From an uncultured Deferribacteres bacterium (lineage in GTDB: Bacteria > Zhuqueibacterota > JdFR-76 > BMS3Abin05): a stretch of 64,000 nt of DNA. The notes below the pieces were generated by a model, which was not told the origin of the DNA, ran no database searches, and saw only the letters and a program-made list of their open reading frames with translations. Made by a program: the position numbers and the translations under genes. Positions 1-9,685 of this stretch are shown here, piece after piece. Location of the stretch: contig CAZOHG010000001.1 of NCBI GenBank assembly GCA_964579725.1, forward strand, positions 76,704 through 140,703. The letters run 5' to 3'. Each line of letters opens with the position of its first letter. Position 1 is the stretch's first letter.

Positions 1-80
1 ATTATAAAAACTACCTTGGCGACCGACCAAACATCCAGATGTTTGATTTCATATTCCATGTGTCGGGGTCCTTTGTCTTG

Positions 81-167
81 CGGAGAGGGTGGGATTCGAA
101 CCCACGGTAGACTGACGCCTACAACGGCTTAGCAGGCCGCTGCCTTCAACCACTCGGCCACCTCTCC
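81..167 (-). tRNA. tRNA-Ser(GCT)
   Basis: Reverse complement GGAGAGG...CCTCTCC-G; anticodon arm GCGGC-CT-GCT-AA-GCCGT; long variable arm; TTCGAAT T-loop; CCA not encoded. Confidence 0.97.
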
Positions 168-241
168 AAGCCGCAGATTTATGAACTTCTTTCCTCAACC
201 GAATTTCACATTGAGGTCTATTCTGCTTGTCAAATAACCAG

Positions 242-329
242 CGGAGAGGGAGGGATTCGAACCCCCGTCACGACTGTGCGTGAAGCGGTTTTCGAGACCG
301 CCGCCTTCAGCCAGCTCGGCCACCTCTCC
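242..329 (-). tRNA. tRNA-Ser(CGA)
   Basis: Cloverleaf with GCGGT-CT-CGA-AA-ACCGC anticodon arm, long variable arm, G discriminator. Confidence 0.97.
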
Positions 330-358
330 TCAACTGATTGTAATTGAATTTTCTCCGG

Positions 359-442
359 CGGAGGGCGAGGGACTCGAACCCCCAAGGGCAAACGCCCAGC
401 GGTTTTCAAGACCGCCGCCTTACCAATTAGGACTAGCCCTCC
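359..442 (-). tRNA. tRNA-Ser(TGA)
   Basis: GGAGGGC...GCCCTCC-G acceptor stem; GCGGT-CT-TGA-AA-ACCGC anticodon arm; variable stem GGGC/GCCC. Confidence 0.95.
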
Positions 443-466
443 GGTAGCTCCGCTTAAGTGACTTAA

Positions 467-495
467 AATATACGAATATTTTGTGGATATGTCAA
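467..495 (-). promoter_or_regulatory. sigma70-type promoter of the tRNA-Ser cluster
   Basis: Minus strand TTGACA-17 nt-TATATT, about 25 nt upstream of the first tRNA. Confidence 0.8.
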
Positions 496-613
496 TAAAT
501 TTTTGTTGTTTAATTGGGACTCTTGTTTGCCCCGAGCCGGGTATTTTTCGGGTCGTTTTTCTCGTTGGGGCGATGATCTTTTTTTAAAAAAACGGGGGGT
601 GCCCAGCCATTTT

Positions 614-1420
614 TTAGGCAAAACTTTCCACAAAGGTTCGAATTAAATTTTCGGCGGAGTAATCACCGGCTGAAATGCGGGCCAAGAGGGGAGTGCGGTG
701 AAAAAGCCGCTTTTTGATTTCCCCCATTGAGGCCCCGCTTCTGTACAATCCGACAATCTTTTCCTTCAGTTCGTACAGATAGGCCAATTTTTTCTCGAGT
801 TCCTCGCCAGGATTCAAAACCGGATGCCCGCTTCCCGGAAATAGAATGCGCGGCTGAAGGGATTTCAAAAATTCCAAAGATTTTATCAAAGCCTTGGCGT
901 TACTTTTTCGTCGAAAGACAACATCTCGCCCCCGGACAAACAGATCGCCCGTAAAAGCCCACCGTTGATTTGGTTCGAAAAGGGTAATGTCTTTTTCGGA
1001 ATGCCCTGGGGTGTAAAAGATCTGGTAGGGGTGATCGTTCACTTGCAACGCCCGCCCCACGGGCAACCCACGGCTGGGCGGCGGCACGCCCCAGGTCAGC
1101 CGGCGGTAAAGCGCCATGTTCAACAGAGACGGATTGGCGAGGGTGGGGAGAGCAAGCGAAAAGGCGTAAATCGGCATTCCAAACCGTTTCTGCAGAACCG
1201 CATTGTTGCCAATGTGGTCTTCGTGGTGGTGGGTGTTAACGAGAACCCGCACGGTCTTGTCTCGTAAAAAAATCAGAAATTCGCGCTCCAAAACGGTCGG
1301 CCCCGAATCCACCAAAAGCCCGTCCACATAGTAGCTGGCCGTGAAATAAATCGGATGTCCCCAAATTGTTCTGGCCATTCGTGCGACAAAAACCTGTTCA
1401 ATCTGATTTAGTTCAATCAT
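614..1420 (-). CDS. MBL-fold metallo-hydrolase
   Basis: THHHEDH (HxHxDH), TPGHS, FTGD and PGSG motifs. Confidence 0.9.
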   Translation of the reverse strand: MIELNQIEQVFVARMARTIWGHPIYFTASYYVDGLLVDSGPTVLEREFLIFLRDKTVRVLVNTHHHEDHIGNNAVLQKRFGMPIYAFSLALPTLANPSLLNMALYRRLTWGVPPPSRGLPVGRALQVNDHPYQIFYTPGHSEKDITLFEPNQRWAFTGDLFVRGRDVVFRRKSNAKALIKSLEFLKSLQPRILFPGSGHPVLNPGEELEKKLAYLYELKEKIVGLYRSGASMGEIKKRLFHRTPLLARISAGDYSAENLIRTFVESFA

Positions 1421-1473
1421 ATAGCCAACCGCCGAAGAGATCGGAATATTTCAAACCAAGGTGAGCGGATCAA

Positions 1474-2175
1474 TCAGTCCACCCTTATTTTTGGCAGGGC
1501 GCGTTCTTGTTTTTCCAGGGCTTTCAGACTTTTTAGCACGTCGGCAAAATTTTGGTACGCAATAAAATTTAAGTTATTTTCCTGGCAGAACGAAATCAGC
1601 TCGTCCTTGGCAAAGACAATGTCCGCTTCCAACACGCCGCAACGGTCAGAGAGTCCGTCACCGACGTAAATCAGCACGCTCTGTCCGTTTCGCGCCTCCC
1701 GCAAATGGTAACCTTTGCAATTGGCGCAAACCCCGCAGGTGTGTTCCCAATAGGGAAATTCGGGACGAATATGGTGGGGATCTACGAACACCAATCGATT
1801 TGCTTTAACGGGAACCCAAGCCAGCCCCTCCCGTTTGAGGATTTCTTTAATGTAGAAATCCATCCCATCGCTTAGAATTTCTACGGGGTAGGCTTTTTCT
1901 TGGCAATAAGCCGCAAAATCGTGGAAAGCAGAGTCAATGGGATTGGCGGCACAAAAGGCTTTTAATTCCTCTTTGGAAACGGTCGTCACGGCACATTCGC
2001 GTTCCAGACATTCTTTGGAGGTCAGTTCCCCCGCTTTCCACGCTTCAACCGCTTTTTCCCATTCAGGGGTGGCAAACGCCCGGAACAATTCATTTCCCAC
2101 ATCTTTGACGGCAACCGTTCCGTCAAAATCGCAAAAGATTTTAAATCGGGGTTCGTGCATTGCTTTTTCAACCAT
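1474..2175 (-). CDS. MtnX-like HAD-IB phosphatase (start may be the ATG at 2160)
   Basis: DFDGT, LSDG, CxxCxxCK and GDGLSD motifs. Confidence 0.85.
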   Translation of the reverse strand: MVEKAMHEPRFKIFCDFDGTVAVKDVGNELFRAFATPEWEKAVEAWKAGELTSKECLERECAVTTVSKEELKAFCAANPIDSAFHDFAAYCQEKAYPVEILSDGMDFYIKEILKREGLAWVPVKANRLVFVDPHHIRPEFPYWEHTCGVCANCKGYHLREARNGQSVLIYVGDGLSDRCGVLEADIVFAKDELISFCQENNLNFIAYQNFADVLKSLKALEKQERALPKIRVD

Positions 2176-2209
2176 AAAAATGCCCGGCCGCGTCCCGCAC
2201 GACCGGGCA
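2176..2209 (-). terminator. intrinsic terminator after ppdK
   Basis: TGCCCGGTCGTG..CGCGGCCGGGCA hairpin followed by TTTTT on the minus strand. Confidence 0.7.
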
Positions 2210-2229
2210 CCCTTGTTTTTGAACTTACT

Positions 2230-4932
2230 TTATTTTTTGTGTTTCAGAGTCGCCTGAGCCGCAGCCAACCGGGCAATCGGCACTCGATAGGGTGAACAAC
2301 TGACGTAATTCAGACCCAGCTCGTCGCACAATTCGATAGAAGCCGGATCGCCACCGTGTTCACCGCAGATTCCTACTTTGAGCTCAGGACGGGTCTTGCG
2401 ACCCTTTTCCACTCCGATTCCCATTAGTTGTCCCACGCCGTTCCGGTCGATACTCTGGAAAGGATCGACCTTGTAAAAACCGCGCTCCACGTAGAGCGGC
2501 AGAAACTTACCGGCGTCGTCACGGCTGACTCCCAAAGTCATCTGGGTAAGGTCATTTGTTCCGAAGGAGAAAAACTCGGCGGTTTGAGCAATCTCGTCAG
2601 CCGTTAGCGCGGCGCGAGGCACTTCAATCATGGTACCCACTTTGTATTCGATTGTGACCTTTTCTTCCTTCTGAACTTCGTCGGCTACGCGGCGTATGAT
2701 TTTTTCCTGATCGTCCAATTCGGCCTTGTGCCCCACCAGCGGCACCATGACCTCCGGGTACACCTTTTTTCCTTCTTTAATCAGTTTAGCAGCGGCGTGG
2801 AAAATAGCCCGTGCCTGCATTTCCGTAATTTCGGGGTGCACAATCCCGAGGCGGCAACCGCGGTGCCCCAACATGGGATTGGCTTCTTTTAGTTGAGCAC
2901 CCTTCATTTTCAGTTCATCCGCGGGAATACCGATCCGTCCGGAAAGCTCCTCGTACTCTTCGTCGGTGTGTGGAAGGAACTCGTGCAAAGGCGGGTCCAG
3001 CAGGCGAATGGTGACCGGCAGGTCTTCCATTTCTTTGAAAATCCCCTCAAAATCACCTTGCTGCATGGGCCGGATTTTATCCAGGGCCTTTTTCCGTCCT
3101 TCTAAATCGGAGGCAAAAATCATTTCCCGCACGGCGAGAATCCGTTCGCCCTCGAAAAACATGTGTTCGGTGCGGCACAGGCCAATGCCTTCGGCACCGA
3201 ATTTTCGCGCCACCCAGGAATCGTGCGGCGTGTCGGAATTGGTTCGGACGCCGAGCCGCCGGATTTCGTCGGCCCAGGTCATGAGTTTGTGGTAGTACGT
3301 GTACAGGGGCGCCTTTTCCGGTTCCATTTGTCCCAAAACAACGGCTGTTATTTCCGAAGGGCTGGTCGGCACGTTGCCCACGTAAATTTCCCCCAAACTG
3401 CCGTCAATGGAAATCTCATCGCCTTCTTTCAGTACCAGGTCGCCGGAGCGGACTTCTCGCTTGTTGTAATCGACCTCAATGGATTCTGCACCCACGATGC
3501 AGGGCTTGCCAATACCGCGCGCCACCACGGCAGCGTGCGAGGTGGCTCCGCCTCGAGAGGTCAAAATACCCTTTGCGGCTACCATCCCGTGGAAGTCGTC
3601 CGGCGAGGTTTCGGTTCGAACCAAAATGACGGGTTTGCCTTCTTTCGCCCATTCCACGGCGCGGTCGGGGTCCAGGGCGATTAAACCGCTGGCCGCCCCC
3701 GGCGAAGCGTTAATGCCTTTTCCGAAATGTCTTTTCTGCGCTTTGGGGTCGAAGCGTTCGTGGAGCAATTGGTCGAGTTGGGCCGGTTCCACCCGCATGA
3801 CCGCTTCTTCTTTGGTAATCAGCCCTTCTTCCACCATATCCACGGCAATCCGAATGGCGGCCATGGCCGTTCGCTTGCCGTTTCGGGTCTGGAGCATCCA
3901 GAGTTTGCCTTTCTGAATTGTGAACTCCATGTCCTGCATGTCGCGGTAGTGTTTTTCCAGCTTTTTGTAGATATTTTCCAGCTCCTTGTACACCTCGGGC
4001 ATTTCTTCTTCCAGGGTGATTTGATCCGCGCTGGTGCGGCCCGCTTTGTTGATGGGCTGAGGCGTTCGAATTCCGGCCACCACATCTTCGCCCTGAGCAT
4101 TTTTCAGAAATTCTCCGAAGAAGCGCTTTTCGCCCGTCGCCGGATCCCGTGTAAACGCCACTCCGGTTGCCGAGTCTTCACCCATATTTCCAAAAACCAT
4201 GGTCACCACATTGACCGCCGTACCCCAATCCTCGGGAATTTTGTTGACTCTACGGTAATCCTGTGCCCGCTTCGTGTTCCAGGAACGGAAGACAGCCATA
4301 ATGGCATCGGTTAGCTGTTCCCACGGGTCTTGAGGAAAATCCTTACCGGTGTGGGCTTTGAAGATTTTCTTGAACCGCTCCACCAAATCCTTTAAATCGT
4401 CGGCGCTTAAATCGGTGTCGTACTTCGCCCCGACCTCTTTTTTCTTCTTGTTCAACTCTTCTTCAAAATGCTCGGAATCAATGCCGAAAACCACATTCCC
4501 AAACATTTGAATAAAACGCCGGTACGAATCGTAGGCAAATCGGGGATTGTTTGTCTCCTTGGCCAGCCCCAACACCGTTTGATCGTTTAGACCCAAATTC
4601 AGCACGGTATCCATCATGCCGGGCATGGAAACTCGTGCACCGGAACGCACCGAAACCAATAACGGTTTTTCCGGATCCCCGAATTTACGCCCCATGTCTT
4701 TTTCCACCCTGGCCATATTTTTTCGGACTTCTTCCATCAGGCCGGGAGGCAATTGATTATTATGCTCAAAATATTCCATGCACGCTTCGGTTGAAATGGT
4801 AAAACCCGGAGGTACCGGAATACCGATTCGACTCATTTCCGCAAGATTGGCGCCTTTGCCGCCGAGCAAATTGCGCATGTCGGCCCCGCCCTCGGTCCCC
4901 TGGGGACCAAAATAATAGACATACTTTTTCAT
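2230..4932 (-). CDS. ppdK: pyruvate, phosphate dikinase
   Basis: LLGGKGANLAEM, SVRSGA, TSHAAVVAR phospho-His, GLCRTEHMF, FSFGTNDLTQ; RBS GGAGG. Confidence 0.98.
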   Translation of the reverse strand: MKKYVYYFGPQGTEGGADMRNLLGGKGANLAEMSRIGIPVPPGFTISTEACMEYFEHNNQLPPGLMEEVRKNMARVEKDMGRKFGDPEKPLLVSVRSGARVSMPGMMDTVLNLGLNDQTVLGLAKETNNPRFAYDSYRRFIQMFGNVVFGIDSEHFEEELNKKKKEVGAKYDTDLSADDLKDLVERFKKIFKAHTGKDFPQDPWEQLTDAIMAVFRSWNTKRAQDYRRVNKIPEDWGTAVNVVTMVFGNMGEDSATGVAFTRDPATGEKRFFGEFLKNAQGEDVVAGIRTPQPINKAGRTSADQITLEEEMPEVYKELENIYKKLEKHYRDMQDMEFTIQKGKLWMLQTRNGKRTAMAAIRIAVDMVEEGLITKEEAVMRVEPAQLDQLLHERFDPKAQKRHFGKGINASPGAASGLIALDPDRAVEWAKEGKPVILVRTETSPDDFHGMVAAKGILTSRGGATSHAAVVARGIGKPCIVGAESIEVDYNKREVRSGDLVLKEGDEISIDGSLGEIYVGNVPTSPSEITAVVLGQMEPEKAPLYTYYHKLMTWADEIRRLGVRTNSDTPHDSWVARKFGAEGIGLCRTEHMFFEGERILAVREMIFASDLEGRKKALDKIRPMQQGDFEGIFKEMEDLPVTIRLLDPPLHEFLPHTDEEYEELSGRIGIPADELKMKGAQLKEANPMLGHRGCRLGIVHPEITEMQARAIFHAAAKLIKEGKKVYPEVMVPLVGHKAELDDQEKIIRRVADEVQKEEKVTIEYKVGTMIEVPRAALTADEIAQTAEFFSFGTNDLTQMTLGVSRDDAGKFLPLYVERGFYKVDPFQSIDRNGVGQLMGIGVEKGRKTRPELKVGICGEHGGDPASIELCDELGLNYVSCSPYRVPIARLAAAQATLKHKK

Positions 4933-4988
4933 GCTTCACACCCTCCTGATTAGGTCCAGTAACTATTTTCCACTTTCTTACCTTTCGA

Positions 4989-5786
4989 CTAAAAGACAAG
5001 TTTCAAAAAAATCCCGAATAAAAACACACCGAAAAATGCCCGAAGCCATTTCGGCGGCAAAACGGAATTCAAATACGCGCCCAACTGCGAAAAAAATAAC
5101 GAGCCCAACAAAATCGGGGCAGCCGCCAACGCGTACACGTACCCCAGGCACCCGGGCGGCAAATTCGGCGTGCCCAAACCGTGAATAAAATATCCCACCG
5201 CCGCCGCAAATGTGGTAAAAATAATAATGGCGCTGGACGTTCCGGCCGTTTTCTTAACCGGCAAATGTACAAATAAAATCAATGCCGGGACGAAAAAAAC
5301 CCCACCGCCGATTCCGGCCATGGCCGCGAAAAACCCCGCCAAAAAACCAATCGGAACCGTTTGCCGCCAGTCCAGGCGGAAAGCCTTTCCCGCTTTTTCA
5401 CCCACACCGAAAAACACCTGCACTGCCAACACCACCAGCACAAGGGCCAAAATCTTTTTTAAAATTTCGCCCGGCAGTTGAGAGGCAACGGAAGACCCCA
5501 AATACGCACCCACAATGGCGGACACGGCCAAATAGGGTACCACGCGCCACTCCACATTCCGCTGGCGGTTGTGCCGGTACACGCTGAAAACCGAGTTAAA
5601 AAAGGCACAAAACAGGCTGGTTCCAAATGCCAATCGCGCCGCCAGATTGACTTCCAGCCCTTGAGCTTGTAAAAAGAACAAAAGGAACGGCCCCAAGATA
5701 ACACCGCCACCGACGCCAAAAAATCCCGCCAAAAGGCCGGCCAGACTCCCTACGCCAAACAATAGCAGCAGATGGGAAGCAATCAC
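4989..5786 (-). CDS. sulfite exporter TauE/SafE (TSUP) family membrane protein
   Basis: Duplicated GxxGxGGG motifs, GTS motifs, about 8 TM segments; 4-nt overlap with the ctpA stop. Confidence 0.88.
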   Translation of the reverse strand: MIASHLLLLFGVGSLAGLLAGFFGVGGGVILGPFLLFFLQAQGLEVNLAARLAFGTSLFCAFFNSVFSVYRHNRQRNVEWRVVPYLAVSAIVGAYLGSSVASQLPGEILKKILALVLVVLAVQVFFGVGEKAGKAFRLDWRQTVPIGFLAGFFAAMAGIGGGVFFVPALILFVHLPVKKTAGTSSAIIIFTTFAAAVGYFIHGLGTPNLPPGCLGYVYALAAAPILLGSLFFSQLGAYLNSVLPPKWLRAFFGVFLFGIFLKLVF

Positions 5787-7468
5787 TTCTTCAGGCCGAG
5801 TTTTTGCCGGTACACCTCCGGATGGGTTAACGCCTGAATCGCTGCCGCCACCACGCGATCATCTTTCAGCGAAGAGCGGATTTCGGCCTTGCTCCCCTTT
5901 AACTTTCCAATTAGCTCCAGTCGAAGCCGCCGTTGAATAAAATCACGGCTTTTGTTAAATTCGGCCTCTTTTAATTGATCCAAGTGCCTTTCGAGAGTCG
6001 CTATTTCGTTTTGGATTTCCGGGGAATAGTTTTGCTCTTTGGCGGTTTTCTTTAACGCCTCTAAAGCTTTTTCCCCCTCAATCTGGAACTTAAAATGTTT
6101 TTCTTTCAAGAAATTCCGAAACGCTTTTAGAACAGAATCATCTACCTGCACCGGCTTCGAGGTGTCTTTCATGGTGGCGGCATACCGCGCTGCAAAACTG
6201 AAAAACATCGATTTTCGAATCAATTCCCATTCAAAATTACTCAATTTCGGATATTTCACCACAATATCCGGCTCAATGCCGCCGCCCCCGTACACCACAC
6301 GGCCGTCCTTGGTGTGAAAGACCTTGCGAGTCGTGTCCGACGAATCCTTTTTCGAGTGGACAAACACATCTTCCGAATGCATGAAGGTGTGCTTGTCATT
6401 GTTAATACACCGCCCGCTGGGGATGTAATATTTGGCCGTGGTAATTTTGACGGATTTACTTTTGCTCAGGGGAATCACCGTTTGAACAAGTCCTTTTCCG
6501 AATGTCCGGGACCCGACAACCAGTCCGCGGTCTAAATCCTGAATGGCTCCCGTCACAATTTCCGAAGCGGAGGCGGAATTGCCGTCCACGAGAACGGCCA
6601 ATCGCATATTCCCGGCCACAGGTTCTTCCTCGGCGTAGAATTTCTGGCTGGCTCCGCGCACGCGTCCTTTGGTGTACACCACAAGCGACCCTTTCGGCAG
6701 AAACTGATTGGCCACATCCACGGCCGCTGGCAGGAGTCCGCCCGGGTTGGCGCGCAGGTCCAAAATCAGCGAAGTGGCCCCGTTTCGGCGCAAGTTCTTA
6801 ATGGCCTGTCCAATGTCCTCTCCCACATTTTTGGAAAATCGCCGCAGTTTCAAATAGCCGACGTGATCGCGAATCACACCGGCGTAGGTGAGATCGTGTA
6901 CGCTAATAACGGCTCGAATCAGATGAAATTCCAGCGGGTCCGGTAAACCGGGCCGACGAACCTTAATCACCACACTGGTTCCCGGCCGTCCCCTCAGACG
7001 GGCGGCTGTTTGGGAGATTTTTTCACCCTTTGTGCTTTTCCCGTCCACTTCGATGATCTGATCGCCTTCTCGAATGCCGGCCTTTAAGGCGGGTGTTCCG
7101 TCAAAAGGCGGCTCCACAACGGTGGGCCACCCGTTGCGAATACTGATCGTCATGCCGACGCCGCCGTATTTGCCCTTGGTCATGATGTTCATTTCTTCAT
7201 TTTGATCCCGCTCCAGAAGAACCGTGTACGGGTCAAGGGCATCCAGGAGACGATTAATCCCCACGTGCATGAATTTGTCCGGATCGATTTCGTCTACATA
7301 TTTCAGCGTGACTTCTTTGTAGATGCGGACAAAAAGGCTGAGATTTTTTTGAACGCTCAGGTAATAATCCGGAGCGGCAGGCGCACCCATATTGGCCATC
7401 CAGCCGCCGAGAGTGATGGTCAAAGCCACGAGGACCACCACCCATATGCCTTGTTTTTTCCAATTCAT
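5783..7468 (-). CDS. ctpA: S41 carboxyl-terminal processing protease
   Basis: PDZ domain, DLRANPGG, SASASEI, TFGKGLVQ; ATG at 7468 with GGAGG RBS. Confidence 0.93.
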   Translation of the reverse strand: MNWKKQGIWVVVLVALTITLGGWMANMGAPAAPDYYLSVQKNLSLFVRIYKEVTLKYVDEIDPDKFMHVGINRLLDALDPYTVLLERDQNEEMNIMTKGKYGGVGMTISIRNGWPTVVEPPFDGTPALKAGIREGDQIIEVDGKSTKGEKISQTAARLRGRPGTSVVIKVRRPGLPDPLEFHLIRAVISVHDLTYAGVIRDHVGYLKLRRFSKNVGEDIGQAIKNLRRNGATSLILDLRANPGGLLPAAVDVANQFLPKGSLVVYTKGRVRGASQKFYAEEEPVAGNMRLAVLVDGNSASASEIVTGAIQDLDRGLVVGSRTFGKGLVQTVIPLSKSKSVKITTAKYYIPSGRCINNDKHTFMHSEDVFVHSKKDSSDTTRKVFHTKDGRVVYGGGGIEPDIVVKYPKLSNFEWELIRKSMFFSFAARYAATMKDTSKPVQVDDSVLKAFRNFLKEKHFKFQIEGEKALEALKKTAKEQNYSPEIQNEIATLERHLDQLKEAEFNKSRDFIQRRLRLELIGKLKGSKAEIRSSLKDDRVVAAAIQALTHPEVYRQKLGLKK

Positions 7469-7554
7469 ACAAACCTCCAAATTTCAACGTCGCGTATTCT
7501 GAAAATCACCCCGTGTTTTTTCAATAAAGTCATATAAAAAAACAATAAAATCGA

Positions 7555-8211
7555 TTAAATATCAAGTTTATTCTTTATCCAGACCCAAATATTTTCGTGA
7601 ATTCGAGCGGGATTGGCCAAACCGTCCAAAATGACAAAGCGATCGGGCTCCTTCCGTGCCAGCTCCAAATAGCCGTTCCGAACACGTTTGCGAAAAGCCA
7701 GATCTTCCTGTTCCAATCTGTCCAATTTTCGAGCCTTTGTTTTTCGGCGAATGGCCTCTTCGGGGGCAATGTCCAAAAGAAACGTAACGTCCGGCCAAAG
7801 CCCCTCAATGGCCAACGAATGGGCGCGTTGAACATCTTCCAACAAAAGTTTACGGCCAAACCCCTGGTAGGCCGTGGAAGAATCCGCGTAGCGGTCGCAA
7901 AGGACGATTTTCCCGGCTTCCAAAGCGGGGCGGATTTTCTCCCGAACCAACTGAGAGCGCGCCGCCGAGTACAATAGCAATTCCGTCATCGGCAACATCT
8001 CGGCGTGTGCCGGGTCCAATAGAATCTGTCGCACCTTTTCGGAAATAGCGGTTCCGCCCGGTTCCCGAAAAAGCGCCACCGAAAATCCGGCCTTTTCCAA
8101 TCGTTCTTTCAGCAAATTGGCCTGAAGCGATTTTCCGGAGAAATCAATGCCCTCAAAAGACACAAAAAGTTTTCGGGCCAACTTTTTTGGCAGCGGTTTG
8201 TCCACTTTCAC
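7555..8211 (-). CDS. tmk: thymidylate kinase (start approximate)
   Basis: FEGIDFSGKS P-loop, REPGG, CDRYADSSTAYQG. Confidence 0.95.
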   Translation of the reverse strand: MKVDKPLPKKLARKLFVSFEGIDFSGKSLQANLLKERLEKAGFSVALFREPGGTAISEKVRQILLDPAHAEMLPMTELLLYSAARSQLVREKIRPALEAGKIVLCDRYADSSTAYQGFGRKLLLEDVQRAHSLAIEGLWPDVTFLLDIAPEEAIRRKTKARKLDRLEQEDLAFRKRVRNGYLELARKEPDRFVILDGLANPARIHENIWVWIKNKLDI

Positions 8212-8212
8212 C

Positions 8213-9565
8213 CTAAATTTTAATAAATTTCCAAGCCCCTCGCTTAAATCGACCATAATTGATTAACAATCGCGCTGTTTCATCCAGACCCTGCACCAAC
8301 CACAGTCCGAGTAAGGCCAAATGCAAGGGAAAGGCAAAGAGGTAGGTCAGGCCGGTTTCGGACACCAGAGCACTGCCCATCGCCCAAAACATGAGCCAGC
8401 GTAAATCTCCCGCGCCCCGGAGATTTCCGCTTACCACACCGTTAATGGCTTTTGGAATTTGCACGAGGGCAAAAACAAGCATGACCTTTTTTCCGATCGC
8501 CCACACCTGAGTTTCGCCGGTAAACAACGCAAAGAGCGGTTTGTCAAAAAGAATTAAGGAAGCTACGATGATCGCTACGAAGCCCGCCACCACGTAACCG
8601 GCCAGGTGGCCTGTTTCTTCCGCCCGGTCGTGTTCTTCGGCTCCGATATTCTGCCCTACCAGCGTCATGGAACCCAGGCTAAACCCCATGTAAACCATTG
8701 ACAAAATGGCCTGAATGCGCATAAAAACCTGGTGGGCGGCTAAATAGTAAATCCCAAGGAGTGCGGCGTAACTGGTAATGACCATTTGGCCGTAGGCCCA
8801 AAAAAGCTGTTCAATGGTTGTGGGAATCCCCGCGGAAAAAAGGCGCTTGAAGCTTCGGTAATTGGGTGTGGTGAGCTCCCGAAACGAGAGAAAAAGAACC
8901 GATTTCCGCGACCGAAGCACATAAAGCGTGAGAAAAAAGCCGACTGTGTGCGCAAATCCGGCTGCGTAGGCGGCTCCCCGAACCTCCCAACGGGGAAATC
9001 CCAAAAGTCCAAAAATGAGCAGCGGGGCCAAAGTCAGGTTGATCAGATTAATTGTCAGATTAATGAACATCGTCACCCGGGTGTCGCCGGCGCCTCGCAT
9101 GATGCCCATGGCCACAAAATTGGTCAAAATAAGAGGCGAAAACGTGGCGATAATCCGCAGGTACTGAATCCCCGATTGCCGGGCGACCGGTTCTTTTTCT
9201 CGAATAATGGAAAAAAGAGTGGAAGCCCCTAAAAACCAGGTCAGGGCGACCAGTACCGCCATGAGGATGCCAATCATGAGGGCCTGGCCGAAAATATGAT
9301 TGGCTTCCCAATTTTCGCCCGCCCCCAAATGGCGATTAATAATGATCGAACTTCCCACAATAAAGGTGAGGAAAATGGTGAAAAAGAGAATAATCACCTG
9401 AATGGCCATCCCCACACCGGCAAAAGCAGCCGCTGAAAGATGCCCAATGAGAATGGCCTCGACCGTCCACATAACGGTTTGAGAGGACAAATCGATCACG
9501 GCAGGAAGAGACGTTTTCAAAATGTCCACAAGGGGGGAACTTCTCTTTTTCACAATCGCAGCCAT
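8213..9565 (-). CDS. MATE family efflux transporter
   Basis: 12 TM segments, MRGAGDT and LRGAGD repeats, GQNIGA. Confidence 0.92.
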   Translation of the reverse strand: MAAIVKKRSSPLVDILKTSLPAVIDLSSQTVMWTVEAILIGHLSAAAFAGVGMAIQVIILFFTIFLTFIVGSSIIINRHLGAGENWEANHIFGQALMIGILMAVLVALTWFLGASTLFSIIREKEPVARQSGIQYLRIIATFSPLILTNFVAMGIMRGAGDTRVTMFINLTINLINLTLAPLLIFGLLGFPRWEVRGAAYAAGFAHTVGFFLTLYVLRSRKSVLFLSFRELTTPNYRSFKRLFSAGIPTTIEQLFWAYGQMVITSYAALLGIYYLAAHQVFMRIQAILSMVYMGFSLGSMTLVGQNIGAEEHDRAEETGHLAGYVVAGFVAIIVASLILFDKPLFALFTGETQVWAIGKKVMLVFALVQIPKAINGVVSGNLRGAGDLRWLMFWAMGSALVSETGLTYLFAFPLHLALLGLWLVQGLDETARLLINYGRFKRGAWKFIKI

Positions 9566-9599
9566 TTCTTTTCGACCAGTAGATCTTCCCAATTACACC

Positions 9600-9677
9600 A
9601 ATCCCCCTAAATTCGGGGGGATTGAGAAAACATATTTTTTATTTTACACAACGGGCGGAGCCAAAAGCCCCGCCCAT
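9600..9677 (-). terminator. two hairpins after ino1
   Basis: GGGCGGGGC/GCTCCGCCC stem (9651-9677) and AATCCCCC/GGGGGATT stem (9600-9623); U-tract is weak on the minus strand. Confidence 0.5.
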
Positions 9678-9685
9678 TTTTATGA

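Noticed and set aside
28-45. Perfect palindrome CAAACATC-CA-GATGTTTG downstream of tRNA-Ser(GCT)
   Set aside because: Single copy at the window edge with no context to assign it as an operator or att site.
579-600. T-run, A-run, G-run string resembling 45770-45788
   Set aside because: Low-complexity sequence in spacers, with no ORF for slippage to act on; probably chance.
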